Shown: positions 39,356 through 52,069, counted from the stretch's first letter. The stretch is DNA of 64,000 nt from Pseudonocardiaceae bacterium (GCA_036501085.1 DASYAZ010000016.1:8954-72953), one strand, 5' to 3'. Numbers and translations are program-made. The notes: generated from the sequence alone by a model not told the origin.

Positions 39356-40159
39356 ATGGTCTGGCGCGAACGCCTGCGCGACGTCGTCGACAGCAGCCGA
39401 TTCCAGCGGTTCATCGTCGCGGTGATCGTCCTCAACGCGGTGACCCTCGGGCTGGAGACCTCGGTGCGGATGAGCGCCCAGTGGGGCGACCTGCTCTACG
39501 TGGTGGACCATGCCGCGCTGGCCATTTTCGTGATCGAGCTGATGTTGCGGCTCGCCGCGCACGGGTGGCGCTTCTTCCGCGATCCCTGGAGCGTGTTCGA
39601 CCTGATCGTCGTCGGGATCGCCCTGGTGCCAGCCTCGGAGGCGTTCTCCGTGCTGCGCGCCTTGCGGATCCTGCGCGTGCTGCGGTTGGTCGCACTGGTG
39701 CCGAGCATGCGCGGAGTGGTCGCCGCGTTGCTCACCGCGGTGCCCGGCATGGCATCCATCGCGGCGCTGCTCGGGCTGCTGCTCTACGTCGCCGCGGTGA
39801 TGGGCACCCAGCTGTTCGGCCACGGGGTACCGGAGCACTTCGGGGATCTGGGAACGTCACTGTTCACCCTGTTCCAGGTGATGACCACCGATGACTGGGC
39901 GAGCATCGCGCGTTCAGCGATGAAGGTCCACCCCTCGGCCTGGATCTTCTTCGTGGTGTACCTGCTGGTATCCACCTTTGCGGTGCTGAACCTGTTCATC
40001 GCGGTGGTCGTGCGGGCGATGGAGGAACAGGTCGCCAGCGACGTGCGCGCCGACGTCGCCGAGCACCAGCGAGAGGACGCCGATGCCGCCACGGCCATCC
40101 TCGATGAGGTGCGCGCGCTGCGCGCGGAGCTGGCCGAGCTGCGGAGCCGGCGCCAGTAG
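39356..40159 (+). CDS. Single-domain voltage-gated cation channel (BacNav/NaChBac family) with acidic TTDDW filter
   Basis: 267 aa, 6TM. S4 is LRALRILRVLRLV (Arg every third residue). Pore is TLFQVMTTDDWASI versus NaChBac TLFQVVTLESWAS. C-terminal coiled-coil is EVRALRAELAELR. Confidence 0.88.
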   Translation: MVWRERLRDVVDSSRFQRFIVAVIVLNAVTLGLETSVRMSAQWGDLLYVVDHAALAIFVIELMLRLAAHGWRFFRDPWSVFDLIVVGIALVPASEAFSVLRALRILRVLRLVALVPSMRGVVAALLTAVPGMASIAALLGLLLYVAAVMGTQLFGHGVPEHFGDLGTSLFTLFQVMTTDDWASIARSAMKVHPSAWIFFVVYLLVSTFAVLNLFIAVVVRAMEEQVASDVRADVAEHQREDADAATAILDEVRALRAELAELRSRRQ

Positions 40160-40182
40160 GCCATCCCGGCCGGAAACCAGCG

Positions 40183-40659
40183 CTACTGCGCGCTCGGGCT
40201 CATTCCGGGCCCAGGGCGCATCTCCACGTCGGCGAATCCGACCGCCAGCCCGCATCGGTCGCAGCTCAGCTGGTCATCAAGCCGTCCTCCGCAGCCTCCG
40301 CCGTGGACGGCAACCCGCGGCGGTCCGGACGGGTTGGGGTAGTACCGATCGCCCCACTTCATGATCATCAATAGCACGGGGGCAAGGTCACGTCCCTTGC
40401 CCGTGAGCAGGTACTCGTGGCGTTCGGGACGGGTCTGGTAGGTACGGCGTTCCAGCAGACCCTCGCTGCACAGCCGGTCCAGGCGAGCGGCGAGCACGTT
40501 GCTGGCGATCCCGAGACTGGCCTTGAACTCGTCGAATCGCCGCAGCCCGAACAGCGCGTCGCGCAGCACCAGCAGGGTCCAGCGCTCGCCCACCACCTCG
40601 AGGGTGCGGGCGATCGAGCAGGTCTGATCCGGGTAGGTGCGCTGCAGCATCACCGCCAT
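40183..40659 (-). CDS. HxlR-family winged-helix transcriptional regulator
   Basis: CSIARTLEVVGERWTLLVLRDALFGLRRFDEFKASLGIASNVLAARLDRL is the HxlR signature. Start trimmed to ATG 40659, downstream of the palindrome that creates the artificial MTCFTQLT extension. Confidence 0.85.
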   Translation of the reverse strand: MAVMLQRTYPDQTCSIARTLEVVGERWTLLVLRDALFGLRRFDEFKASLGIASNVLAARLDRLCSEGLLERRTYQTRPERHEYLLTGKGRDLAPVLLMIMKWGDRYYPNPSGPPRVAVHGGGCGGRLDDQLSCDRCGLAVGFADVEMRPGPGMSPSAQ

Positions 40660-40670
40660 TGTACGAACAG

Positions 40671-40731
40671 TCAGTTGCGTGAAGCAAGTCACGCTGCTAC
40701 CTTCCCGGTGTGACTTGCTTCACGCAACTGA
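40671..40731. promoter_or_regulatory. Perfect 22-bp inverted repeat (17-bp spacer) in the divergent HxlR/hydrolase intergenic region; candidate operator
   Basis: tcagttgcgtgaagcaagtcac-N17-gtgacttgcttcacgcaactga, lying between the two trimmed start codons (40659 and 40749). Confidence 0.6.
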
Positions 40732-40748
40732 CTTCGGAGGGTCCCATC

Positions 40749-41642
40749 ATGAGCCAGCAACCGATCACCTTCACCGAACTCTGGGCCGATCGCGGCCCGC
40801 ACCGGATCCGGGTCCGGGACTACCCCGGTGACGGTCCGGCGATCGTGCTGATGCACGGTTTCCCGGACGACAAGCACCTTTACGACCGGGCGCTGCCCTA
40901 CCTGACCGGCAAGAGGCGTGTCGTCACGTTCGACTTCCTCGGCTGGGGGGAGTCGGACAAGCCCGCCGGCTACCCGTACACCGCGACCAACCAGACCGGC
41001 GACCTCGACGCCGTGATCACCCGGCTCGGGCTGGACGAGGTCGTCCTGGTTGCGCATGACGCGTCCGGCCCACCCGCGATCGACTGGGCGCTCGCGCACC
41101 CCGAGCGGGTGGCCGCCCTCGTGCTGCTCAACACCTACTACGGCTGGATGCCGAGGCTGCGCGCCCCCGAGGCGATCTTCCTGTACTCCTCGCCGATCCT
41201 GCGGAACCTCGCCCGACCCGTGATGCGCCGGCTCGCCGGCCTGGACCGTCGGCTGTATTTCTGGCAGGTCGGGAGGTTCATCCGGGACGACGCGGTGCGC
41301 CACGAGCTACTTCCGCAGTACTACGCCCGGTTCCGTGCCGCGCGCCCGGCGTTCCTGCGGCTGAATGCCGACCTGCCGCGCACCCTGATCTCGCGGGCCA
41401 GGCGCACGTCGCAGCTGCGCGCCTTCGAACGGCCGGTCCGGATCGTGTTCGGCTGTGACGATCCCTACCTCAACACCCGCGTGGCCCGCCGGTTCGCACG
41501 GCTGTTCCCGGCCTCGGAGCTCGAGCTCATCGAGGGTGCGCGGCACTATGTCCAGGTCGACGAACCAGAAGTGGTCGCCGCCGCCATCCTGAACTCGGAC
41601 CACAACAGTTCGACCTCGACCATCCGGCGCCTCAGCGCATGA
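40749..41642 (+). CDS. Alpha/beta-fold hydrolase
   Basis: PAIVLMHGFPD, VLVAHDASGP (GxSxG variant: HDASG nucleophile elbow), C-terminal ARHYVQVDEP with the catalytic His. Start set to ATG 40749 behind GGAGG. Confidence 0.8.
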   Translation: MSQQPITFTELWADRGPHRIRVRDYPGDGPAIVLMHGFPDDKHLYDRALPYLTGKRRVVTFDFLGWGESDKPAGYPYTATNQTGDLDAVITRLGLDEVVLVAHDASGPPAIDWALAHPERVAALVLLNTYYGWMPRLRAPEAIFLYSSPILRNLARPVMRRLAGLDRRLYFWQVGRFIRDDAVRHELLPQYYARFRAARPAFLRLNADLPRTLISRARRTSQLRAFERPVRIVFGCDDPYLNTRVARRFARLFPASELELIEGARHYVQVDEPEVVAAAILNSDHNSSTSTIRRLSA

Positions 41643-41673
41643 TCGGATCCGCGCCGGCGCCTGCCCTGCATGC

Positions 41674-41733
41674 GCCGAGTTTCACCGGAGGGCTGCCCCA
41701 GTTGGCACCGGCAGCCCTCCGGTGAAACTCGGC
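41674..41733. terminator. Perfect hairpin, 24-nt arms and 12-nt loop, between convergent genes
   Basis: gccgagtttcaccggagggctgcc-ccagttggcacc-ggcagccctccggtgaaactcggc. Confidence 0.6.
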
Positions 41734-41761
41734 AACGTCAGAGCGGGCGGGGATGTGCGGC

Positions 41762-42760
41762 TTACCCATCCGGAGCGGGGACGGTGACCGGCGCCGGGAC
41801 CGGTTCGCCGAACAGGAGGGCCACCACGTCGCTGACGGCGTGCACCCCACCGGCCAGCGTTCCGCTCGGATCCACCTGGTACATGACCGAGATGAGGTAC
41901 CGCTCGTCCGGCCCGGCGAAGCCGGCGGTGTTGGTCACCCAGTGCTTGCCGTAGGTATCGCTCTCGAACGACCAGCCGTCCTTGTTCCCGGGCTGCTGGG
42001 CGCGACCGGCCGCCCAGACCCCCCACTGCTGGTTGGGCGCGACCCCGCGCAGCGCGCCGACCAGATAACCCCGATCGTCCGGATTGACCTGGGCGAAGAG
42101 GTAGCGCAACAAGGCAGCCATGTCATCGGCGGTGCACTTGACGAAACCCCAGTACGTGGCGCGGGTGAATCCTGGGACGAAATGCAGGCCGGTCATGCCG
42201 TACTGGGTGCGGAACCGGGCCAGCATGCTCTCACCGCCGAACTTGGCCCACAGCCGGTCGGTCGCCGGGTTGTCCGAGGAATGGAGCATGGCAGCCAGGT
42301 CCGTGCGGTCCGCAGCACTCAGCGCGATCTGGTGGGCACGCTGGCGGCGCAGCAGGTCAGTGGCGATCGCGAGCTTGATGGTGGAGGCCGTCCACCCCTC
42401 GTGCTGCGTCGGGCCGTACCGCCAGACCCGGCCAGTCTGCCGGTCGGTGAACACCACGCTCAGGTAGCCGTGGCCGCCGGCATGGCGGTTGATGTAGGCA
42501 CCGGCCCTGGCGAAGCGCTGCTGCTGGAGGCAGCTCCACCCGGTGTCGCTGGGGCAACCAGCAGGCGGCGGCGCTGGTCGGGCCGGCGGCGCTGCCTGAG
42601 CCGGCACGCGGCTGTCGGGCTGGACGCCGGCCACCGGCTGGGACAGGGCCGCCGGGGCCGGGGCTTTCTGTACGGGGGCTTCCTGGACTGGCGGTGGATC
42701 TGCCGCGAGGTGCCCGCAACCAGCCACGGCTAGCGCGGCGCAGGTGAGTACCAGCGTCAC
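41762..42760 (-). CDS. Class A beta-lactamase-family serine hydrolase, lipoprotein
   Basis: Lipobox LAVAGCG. ASTIKLA (SxxK), HSSDNPA (SDN), NKDGW (KxG). Confidence 0.7.
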   Translation of the reverse strand: MTLVLTCAALAVAGCGHLAADPPPVQEAPVQKAPAPAALSQPVAGVQPDSRVPAQAAPPARPAPPPAGCPSDTGWSCLQQQRFARAGAYINRHAGGHGYLSVVFTDRQTGRVWRYGPTQHEGWTASTIKLAIATDLLRRQRAHQIALSAADRTDLAAMLHSSDNPATDRLWAKFGGESMLARFRTQYGMTGLHFVPGFTRATYWGFVKCTADDMAALLRYLFAQVNPDDRGYLVGALRGVAPNQQWGVWAAGRAQQPGNKDGWSFESDTYGKHWVTNTAGFAGPDERYLISVMYQVDPSGTLAGGVHAVSDVVALLFGEPVPAPVTVPAPDG

Positions 42761-42841
42761 GAGTCGCAGGCGGCGGGACAGGGCGGCGATGGCGGGAGGC
42801 TACCCGCCGCTGCCCCCAGCCCGGCCTGAGCCCGCACGCTC

Positions 42842-45784
<2,943 letters not shown>

Positions 45785-45792
45785 AGCTCATC

Positions 45793-45888
45793 ACGCTCCC
45801 TGCGCCGGCATGACCCGGATCAGGTTCGACGGTCGGGGTCGCTTCGACCCCCTCTCAGCCCGGTGCAGCCCGGGCTCCCGTGCGGACC
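45793..45888 (-). promoter_or_regulatory. TPP (THI-box) riboswitch upstream of thiO-thiS-thiG
   Basis: The minus strand reads cacgggagcccgg...gggCUGAGAggg...GAACCUGAUCCGGGUCAUGCCGGCGCAGGGAGCG, ending about 9 nt before the thiO GTG. Confidence 0.85.
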
Positions 45889-45919
45889 ACCTCTCACCGT
45901 ACCTCGATACGGTCCCTCC

Positions 45920-46579
45920 ATGGAGGGCGAGCGGATCCGGGCCCGGCTTGCCGATGCGTGGTTGTACCTGTGCACAGACGCCAGAACCGGACGCGGGGAT
46001 CTCGCCGAGTTCGCGGATGCGGCGCTGGCCGGTGGCGTGGACATCATCCAGCTGCGGGACAAGGCCCTGGAAGCGCGCCCCGAGCTCGCCGCCCTGGAGG
46101 TGCTCGGGGCGGCGTGCAGGCGCCACGGCGCCCTGCTGGCGGTGAACGACCGCGCCGACATCGCGCTGGCCGCCGGCGCCCAGGTACTCCACCTGGGTCA
46201 GGACGACCTGCCGGTGAGCTGGGCCCGCCGGGTGGTCGGCGAGGAGATGGTGATCGGGCGCTCCACGCGAGATCCCGCGCAGGCGGCCGCGGCCGCGCGC
46301 GAACCCGGCGTGGACTATTTCTGCACCGGTCCGTGCTGGGCCACCCCGACCAAACCCGGCCGGCCCGCGGCCGGGCTGGAGCTGGTGCGCAGCACCCGAG
46401 CCGACCCCGGGATCACCCGTCCCTGGTTCGCGATCGGGGGGATCGAGAACCCGCACCGGTTGGAGGAGGTGCTCCAGGCCGGCGCGCAGCGCGTGGTCGT
46501 GGTGCGGGCGATCACGGAAGCCGCGGACCCCCGCGAGGCCGCCGGCGCCTTTGCCACCCGGCTGCGCTCAGCGCGCTAG
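45920..46579 (+). CDS. thiE: Thiamine-phosphate synthase ThiE
   Basis: [36 protein letters not shown]. Start trimmed to ATG 45920. Confidence 0.9.
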   Translation: MEGERIRARLADAWLYLCTDARTGRGDLAEFADAALAGGVDIIQLRDKALEARPELAALEVLGAACRRHGALLAVNDRADIALAAGAQVLHLGQDDLPVSWARRVVGEEMVIGRSTRDPAQAAAAAREPGVDYFCTGPCWATPTKPGRPAAGLELVRSTRADPGITRPWFAIGGIENPHRLEEVLQAGAQRVVVVRAITEAADPREAAGAFATRLRSAR

Positions 46580-47541
46580 CGCGGATCGGTGGAGGCTTGA
46601 CCGGTGATGAGGGTGAGCCCGTAGGTGGACAGCACCTGCCCGATCGGCTGGAAGTAGGACTGGCCGCCGAGCAGGCATCCGCCGGTCCCGCCGGAGAGAG
46701 TGCCCTGCGCCTGGTTGCCGCTCATGAACGGGCCGCCGGAGTCACCTTCCTCGGCGCAGACGCTGGTCTTGGTGAGCCCGCGGACGACAGCGCCGTCGCC
46801 GTAGTTCACCGTCTCACCGAAAGCCTGTATCTGGCCACAGTGGTGACCGCTGGTGGATCCGGACAGGCACACCGCGTCGCCCACCGCGGCGGGGGCGGTG
46901 CCGGACACCGCGACGGTGCCGCTGTCACCGTCGACATCGTGGGTCTGTTCCCACGCGGGGGACGCCACCTCGACCAGCCCGAAGTCGTGACCGGGGAACG
47001 TCGTCTTGGCGACCGGTCCGATGGCGTTACCGTCCGGTCCCGACCAGGTCCCGCCCAACTTGGTGCAGTGCCCGGCGGTGATCACGTACCGGGTACCGCC
47101 GGAGACGGCGTTGAAGCCGGCCGAGCAGCGCCCACCCTCGGTGCTGGTGATCGTGTCACCGCCGCGCAGGGCGGAGAGCAGCCTGGGTCGGGATGTCACG
47201 TGCTCGATGCGTACCGCCCGCAGGCCCGTGGCGAAGGTCCTGGCTGCGGCCACGTCGGTAGCCGAGATCACGACGGAGCGGGTGGCCGGGTCGACGTGCC
47301 AGCCGGTCACCGAGTTCGGGACCCGGACCGCGCGGGAATCCAGCACCGCCATCACGGTCTGCAGCGCCGGCAGGTCCGGGATCGCGCTGACCGGCGCCGT
47401 AGCGGCCGAGGCCGGCAACGCGGTTCCGACCTGGAGGATGCCGCTGAGCAGCAGCCCCAGCACGACGCCAGCGACGCCGCCGACGCCGGCCGCCGAGGAG
47501 AAACGACGAGTTCGGGAGCGCACGAATCGGGGTCCTCTCAT
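46576..47541 (-). CDS. Secreted S1 (chymotrypsin/streptogrisin-alpha-lytic type) serine protease
   Basis: Signal peptide, TAGHCT (His), GDSGGP (Ser), and the multiple Cys pairs typical of S1E proteases. Confidence 0.85.
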   Translation of the reverse strand: MRGPRFVRSRTRRFSSAAGVGGVAGVVLGLLLSGILQVGTALPASAATAPVSAIPDLPALQTVMAVLDSRAVRVPNSVTGWHVDPATRSVVISATDVAAARTFATGLRAVRIEHVTSRPRLLSALRGGDTITSTEGGRCSAGFNAVSGGTRYVITAGHCTKLGGTWSGPDGNAIGPVAKTTFPGHDFGLVEVASPAWEQTHDVDGDSGTVAVSGTAPAAVGDAVCLSGSTSGHHCGQIQAFGETVNYGDGAVVRGLTKTSVCAEEGDSGGPFMSGNQAQGTLSGGTGGCLLGGQSYFQPIGQVLSTYGLTLITGQASTDPR

Positions 47542-47708
47542 CCGTAGCCAATCCGCGTAACTGCCCGACCGTTGCTTTACGCTACGGCTCAGTCACGCAG
47601 CGGTGAAGTCATCATTCGGATGGATCTTGTAACCCATACGGTGAGTGTTGGACTCACTACTCGTAGTGGCAAGCTGAACTCATGCAGGCGGCCCAGCCCG
47701 TACCAGGA

Positions 47709-48431
47709 TCAAGAACGGCGAACCGAGCGCAATCCGGGATGATCGGCGGGCAGCACCCGAACGAGGACCGCACCGCTCACCGCGACGCAGATCGCCACCA
47801 GTGGCCAGCTCAACGCCACCCGAGCCGCGCCCAATGCCACCACCGCCCCGGCCGCCCAGAGCGGGGTGAACACCGCGATCCGAACCAGGTACTGCGCCAC
47901 CCACACCCAGGACGCCAGCGAATACGCCCGGAGCAGGGCCGGGTCCTGGCGCCAGGTGGTGCGCTGGCCCAGTATCCCGCCGACAATCACCCCGAGCAGC
48001 GGCCAGCGGATCACGATGCTGACCGTCCAGACCAGGGTACTGACCACATTGGACAGCAGTTGGGCGAGAAAGAAATCAGCCGCGCGGCCGGTGTAGAGCG
48101 CGATCAGTGCGGCGGCGCAGACCCCGAGCAGGCCCAGCAGCGCGGCGAGCGGGCGATCCCCCCGGCGCCAGCGCAGGGCAGCTACCGCGATCCCAGTAAC
48201 CATCGCGGCACCCGCGCCCCAGCCCAGGGACTGGCCCGAGATCAGCCAGGTCAGCACGAACGCGACTGCCGGAGCGGTGGCATCCAGCGCTGCCCGCCGG
48301 CCACCGAGAAGTTCGGGCAGCGAGTCAGGGCGATCCGGGCCGGGCACGCCCTCCAGGGTGCCCGATGGCTCAGATCCCGGGGAGGATCCCCCGGATGCAC
48401 TCCCGAGTGCCCTCCGGGTGCCGAGTTCCAC
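47709..48431 (-). CDS. Integral membrane protein (DUF3159-like)
   Basis: 240 aa. Disordered N-terminus followed by about 6 hydrophobic helices. Confidence 0.6.
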   Translation of the reverse strand: MELGTRRALGSASGGSSPGSEPSGTLEGVPGPDRPDSLPELLGGRRAALDATAPAVAFVLTWLISGQSLGWGAGAAMVTGIAVAALRWRRGDRPLAALLGLLGVCAAALIALYTGRAADFFLAQLLSNVVSTLVWTVSIVIRWPLLGVIVGGILGQRTTWRQDPALLRAYSLASWVWVAQYLVRIAVFTPLWAAGAVVALGAARVALSWPLVAICVAVSGAVLVRVLPADHPGLRSVRRS

Positions 48432-48587
48432 TGGAGAGCTGGCGAATCCGGGCCGGACCGCTTTCTCATGGAACTCGGGGCACCAGAGCAGGGCGGACTC
48501 CGAGCACGGTGGAAGCGGGCTCCGAATGACCCGCTGTGAACGCTACTGTGTGGTAGGTACGCCTGTCCTACCCAGTTGAGGACCTCG

Positions 48588-49529
48588 ATGACGACGACCT
48601 CCGAGACCGCCGAGACCACCCGACTGCTGCATGAGCTCGAGCCGGTGGTCACCGAGAACCTCGACCGCCACCTGGCCACTGCCAAGGAGTGGATGCCGCA
48701 CGAGTATGTGCCGTGGAGCCTGGGGCGCGATTACGCCGATCTCGGCGGCGAGCCGTGGGATCCCGAGCAGTCCCGGCTCTCACCGATCGCCCGGACCGCA
48801 CTGGAGGTCAACCTTCTCACCGAGGACAACCTGCCCAGCTATCACCGGGAGATCGGGCGCACGTTCGGCCGGGACGGCGCGTGGGGTACCTGGGTGCACC
48901 GCTGGACCGCTGAGGAGGGCCGGCACGCGTACTGCATCCGGGACTACCTGCTGGTGACCCGTGGGGTCGATCCGGAGGAGCTGGAGCGGGCCCGGATGCA
49001 GGTGATGCAGACCGGCTACGACACCCAGGAAGCGCCGCTGCTGCGCGTCCTGGCCTACGTCTCCTTCCAGGAACTCGCCACCCGCATCTCGCACCGCAAC
49101 ACCGGACGCCATGCCGGGGACCCCGTCGCCGAACGCCTGCTCACCAGGGTCTCCACCGACGAGAACCTGCACATGGTCTTCTACCGCAACCTCGTCAAGG
49201 CCGCTCTCGAAGTCGCCCCCGGCCCCGCCATGCGCGCCATCACCGACGAGGTCATCAGCTTCAACATGCCTGGCATCGTGATCCCCGGTTTCGCCCGCAA
49301 GGCAGCGCAGATCGCCAAAGCCGGTATCTACGATTTGCGGATCCACCACGACGAGGTGATCCTGCCGCTGATCCGGCACTGGGCAGTGTTCGACCTGGAG
49401 GGTCTCGACGCCGAGGGCGAGAAGGCCCGGATCGAACTGGCCGAGTTCCTCAGCCAACTGGACCGGCAGGCCAGCCGGTTCGAGGAGCGACGCGCCCAGG
49501 CACAGGCGCGGGCCGAAGCGTCGGGGTAG
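48588..49529 (+). CDS. Soluble acyl-ACP desaturase (DesA-type di-iron)
   Basis: NLLTEDNLPSYH, WTAEEGRHA (ExxH), DENLHM (ExxH). Start set to ATG 48588 behind GAGGA; the track starts at TTG 48576. Confidence 0.88.
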   Translation: MTTTSETAETTRLLHELEPVVTENLDRHLATAKEWMPHEYVPWSLGRDYADLGGEPWDPEQSRLSPIARTALEVNLLTEDNLPSYHREIGRTFGRDGAWGTWVHRWTAEEGRHAYCIRDYLLVTRGVDPEELERARMQVMQTGYDTQEAPLLRVLAYVSFQELATRISHRNTGRHAGDPVAERLLTRVSTDENLHMVFYRNLVKAALEVAPGPAMRAITDEVISFNMPGIVIPGFARKAAQIAKAGIYDLRIHHDEVILPLIRHWAVFDLEGLDAEGEKARIELAEFLSQLDRQASRFEERRAQAQARAEASG

Positions 49530-49551
49530 CGCCGGTCATCAACGGGGGCAA

Positions 49552-50304
49552 TCAGCCGGCCTTGCGGCGGGCCCGCTCCCACTGCTCCAGCGCATCCAGC
49601 TCGGCAGCCTGTTCCGGCGTCGGCGCGGTACCCCCGAGGTGCGCGGGCACCCACCACGGGTCATACTCAGGCGAGTCCGGGTAGCGCGCACGGGTGGCGT
49701 CGAGCAACGTGTTCATCACCGCGACCAGCGCGGCGTCGGCCGCGGCGCCGCGAGTGGGCGTCAGCGGTTCCCCGATGGTGATGCTGATCGGGATGTGCCG
49801 GGCCTCGCGGAGGGTGGGCCGGCGATCCTTGGTCCACACCCGCTGGCTGCCCCACAGCGTCACTGGGATCAGTGGGACGCCGGCCAGCCGCGCCATCCGG
49901 GTGGCACCCGACTTGAACTCCTTGAGGCAGAAGCTGCGGCTGATCGTGGCTTCCGGGAAGATCCCCACCAGCTCACCGGCCCGTAGCGCCTCCACCGCGT
50001 GCCGGAACGACGCCGCCCCCGCCGCGCGGTCGACCGGGATGTGGTGCATGGCCCGCATCAGGGGGCCCATCACCGGGTGGGTGAACACCTCCTGCTTGGC
50101 CATGAACCGCACCAGCCGCCCCTGCTCGCGCCAGAACGGGGTGGCCGACAGCGCGAAGTCCAGAAAGCCGGTGTGGTTCACCACCACGACACCGCCACCC
50201 GTGGCCGGGACATGGTCCTGACCGGCGACGTCCAGCCGGAGATCCAGTGCCCGGAACAGGCCCGTGGCCACCCGGGCGACGCACCGATAGGGCCGATCAG
50301 TCAC
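49552..50304 (-). CDS. 1-acyl-sn-glycerol-3-phosphate acyltransferase (PlsC family)
   Basis: VVVNHTGFLD (Hx4D), FPEATISR (FPEGT-like block). Confidence 0.85.
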   Translation of the reverse strand: MTDRPYRCVARVATGLFRALDLRLDVAGQDHVPATGGGVVVVNHTGFLDFALSATPFWREQGRLVRFMAKQEVFTHPVMGPLMRAMHHIPVDRAAGAASFRHAVEALRAGELVGIFPEATISRSFCLKEFKSGATRMARLAGVPLIPVTLWGSQRVWTKDRRPTLREARHIPISITIGEPLTPTRGAAADAALVAVMNTLLDATRARYPDSPEYDPWWVPAHLGGTAPTPEQAAELDALEQWERARRKAG

Positions 50305-50376
50305 CCGCCCACGCTATCGGGCGCAGAGGGCCCGCACCTCGGCGACCGCGGAGGGCTGACCGGGCTCGCACCGGTC

Positions 50377-50841
50377 CTACCGGTCGTCCTGAGACACGAG
50401 GAATTGCGGCGTCACGAACCAGAGCAGTATGAATCCCAATCCGGCGATGCCGCCGAGTACTAGCGCCCACCTATCGTCAAGGACGACGTCTACGATTAGC
50501 GTGAGTGTCGCGGTCATGGAACCTGCAAGGCAGGCAAGTCCGCCCAGTGCCATCCGACTGGAGGCCTGGATGATGGTGACTCGCCGCTGTTGACGAAAGA
50601 GAATACGGTGCCACGCAGCAGTGGCGGTGAGTAACCCGGTTGCGGCCACAGCAAGCAGGACTGCCGTCAGGTGCAGTCCGTGGACCAGCCTGCCTGCCGA
50701 TTGATAGCGGTCAGTGAAGACCACCGTGAGAAGGAACCCGAAAAGTATTTGTATGCCCCCTTGAGCCACCCGTAATTCTTGTAGCAGTTCAGCGAAGTTA
50801 CGAGTCAACCGGGCCGATTCGGATTCCTGTGGTGCACTCAT
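50377..50841 (-). CDS. Small integral membrane protein (DUF6328-like)
   Basis: Start trimmed to MSAPQESE (ATG 50841, GAGGAGGAG SD). NFAELLQELRVAQGGIQILFGFLL plus 3-4 helices. The upstream 220 codons of the track ORF are antisense to the neighbouring MT gene. Confidence 0.65.
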   Translation of the reverse strand: MSAPQESESARLTRNFAELLQELRVAQGGIQILFGFLLTVVFTDRYQSAGRLVHGLHLTAVLLAVAATGLLTATAAWHRILFRQQRRVTIIQASSRMALGGLACLAGSMTATLTLIVDVVLDDRWALVLGGIAGLGFILLWFVTPQFLVSQDDR

Positions 50842-50946
50842 TGTCTCCTCCTCGGCTGAGCGCTCGGGCAGTTCGGGCACGCCGTCGCGTTCCATCTTGC
50901 TGCCGAGGGGTCTACGGCCGGCGGAGATATTTGGCAAGCTGGCCGG

Positions 50947-51756
50947 GTGCCGGATCAGCGAGACACCTACACCCACGGTCATCACGACAGCGTATTGCGA
51001 TCGCACCGGTGGCGGACGGTGTCCAACTCCGCAGCGTACCTGGTCCCACACCTGCACCCGGACCAGCGGATTCTGGATGTGGGCTGCGGCCCCGGCACCA
51101 TCACCATGGACCTGGCCCGGACAGTCGCGCCCGGCCAGGTGGTGGGCATCGACAACGAGCCGGCGCCACTGGAATGGGCGCGCACCGAGGCCGCCGCGCA
51201 GGATGTGGCCAACGTGTCCTTCGTGACAGGTGAGATCTACCGGCTGGAGTTCCCGGATGGCGCGTTCGACGTCGTCCACGCGCATCAGGTATTGCAGCAT
51301 CTGACCCAGCCGGTCGCCGCTTTCCGCGAGATGCGCCGGGTGTGCAGGCCGGGCGGGATCGTGGCCGCCCGGGACGCCGACTACGCGGCGATGGCCTGGT
51401 ACCCAGGCGACGCGCGGCTGGACCGCTGGCTGGAGCTGTACCGGCGTATCGCGCGCAGCAACCGGGCCGAACCCGACGCCGGGCGGCGGTTGCTGGCCTG
51501 GGCGCAAGCCGCCGGTTTCGCCGAGATCACCAGCTCAGCCGGCGTCTGGTGTTACGCCACACCGGAGGAACACGCCTGGTGGGGTGGCCTGTGGGCGGAC
51601 CGGATCACCCACTCCGCCCTCGCCACCCAAGCCCTGGACCGCCACCTGGCCACCCGAGAGGACCTGAACGACATGGCGCAGGCCTGGCACCACTGGTCCA
51701 ACCAGGACGACGGATGGTTCGCCGTCCTCCACGGCGAGGTCCTGTGCCACACCTGA
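50947..51756 (+). CDS. Class I SAM-dependent methyltransferase (UbiE/COQ5-like)
   Basis: ILDVGCGPGTITMDLA motif I, VVHAHQVLQHL, GGIVAARD. Confidence 0.85.
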   Translation: MPDQRDTYTHGHHDSVLRSHRWRTVSNSAAYLVPHLHPDQRILDVGCGPGTITMDLARTVAPGQVVGIDNEPAPLEWARTEAAAQDVANVSFVTGEIYRLEFPDGAFDVVHAHQVLQHLTQPVAAFREMRRVCRPGGIVAARDADYAAMAWYPGDARLDRWLELYRRIARSNRAEPDAGRRLLAWAQAAGFAEITSSAGVWCYATPEEHAWWGGLWADRITHSALATQALDRHLATREDLNDMAQAWHHWSNQDDGWFAVLHGEVLCHT

Positions 51757-52069
51757 ATCCCTCCGCACACAGCACCTCGACACGCCCGCCTGGATGAGGG
51801 CTCCCGCCGACCAAAACTTCCAGCAGCTCACTGAGCGAGGGACCGCGGCTGCTACAGCCCGACCCCAAAGACAAGTCCTATCGCTAACACTACACACTGA
51901 ATCAACCATCTAGGCATGAGCGGATAGCGGCACTCCAGTGTCCAGAACGGGTTGCTCCCGCGCTACTTTGGTTGACGCCGCCGGGGTCACCAGTAACGCA
52001 ACAAACAATACTCCGCGCCTAGTTTACGATATGCTAGAATAAATCATCTACCCAGTATTCGGAGCACGC

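Noticed and set aside
40660-40748. Identical peptide MTCFTQLT at the start of two divergent ORFs (40692 minus strand, 40710 plus strand).
   Set aside because: This is an artefact of the perfect 22-bp inverted repeat being read on both strands. The real starts are the downstream ATGs with SDs (40659 and 40749).
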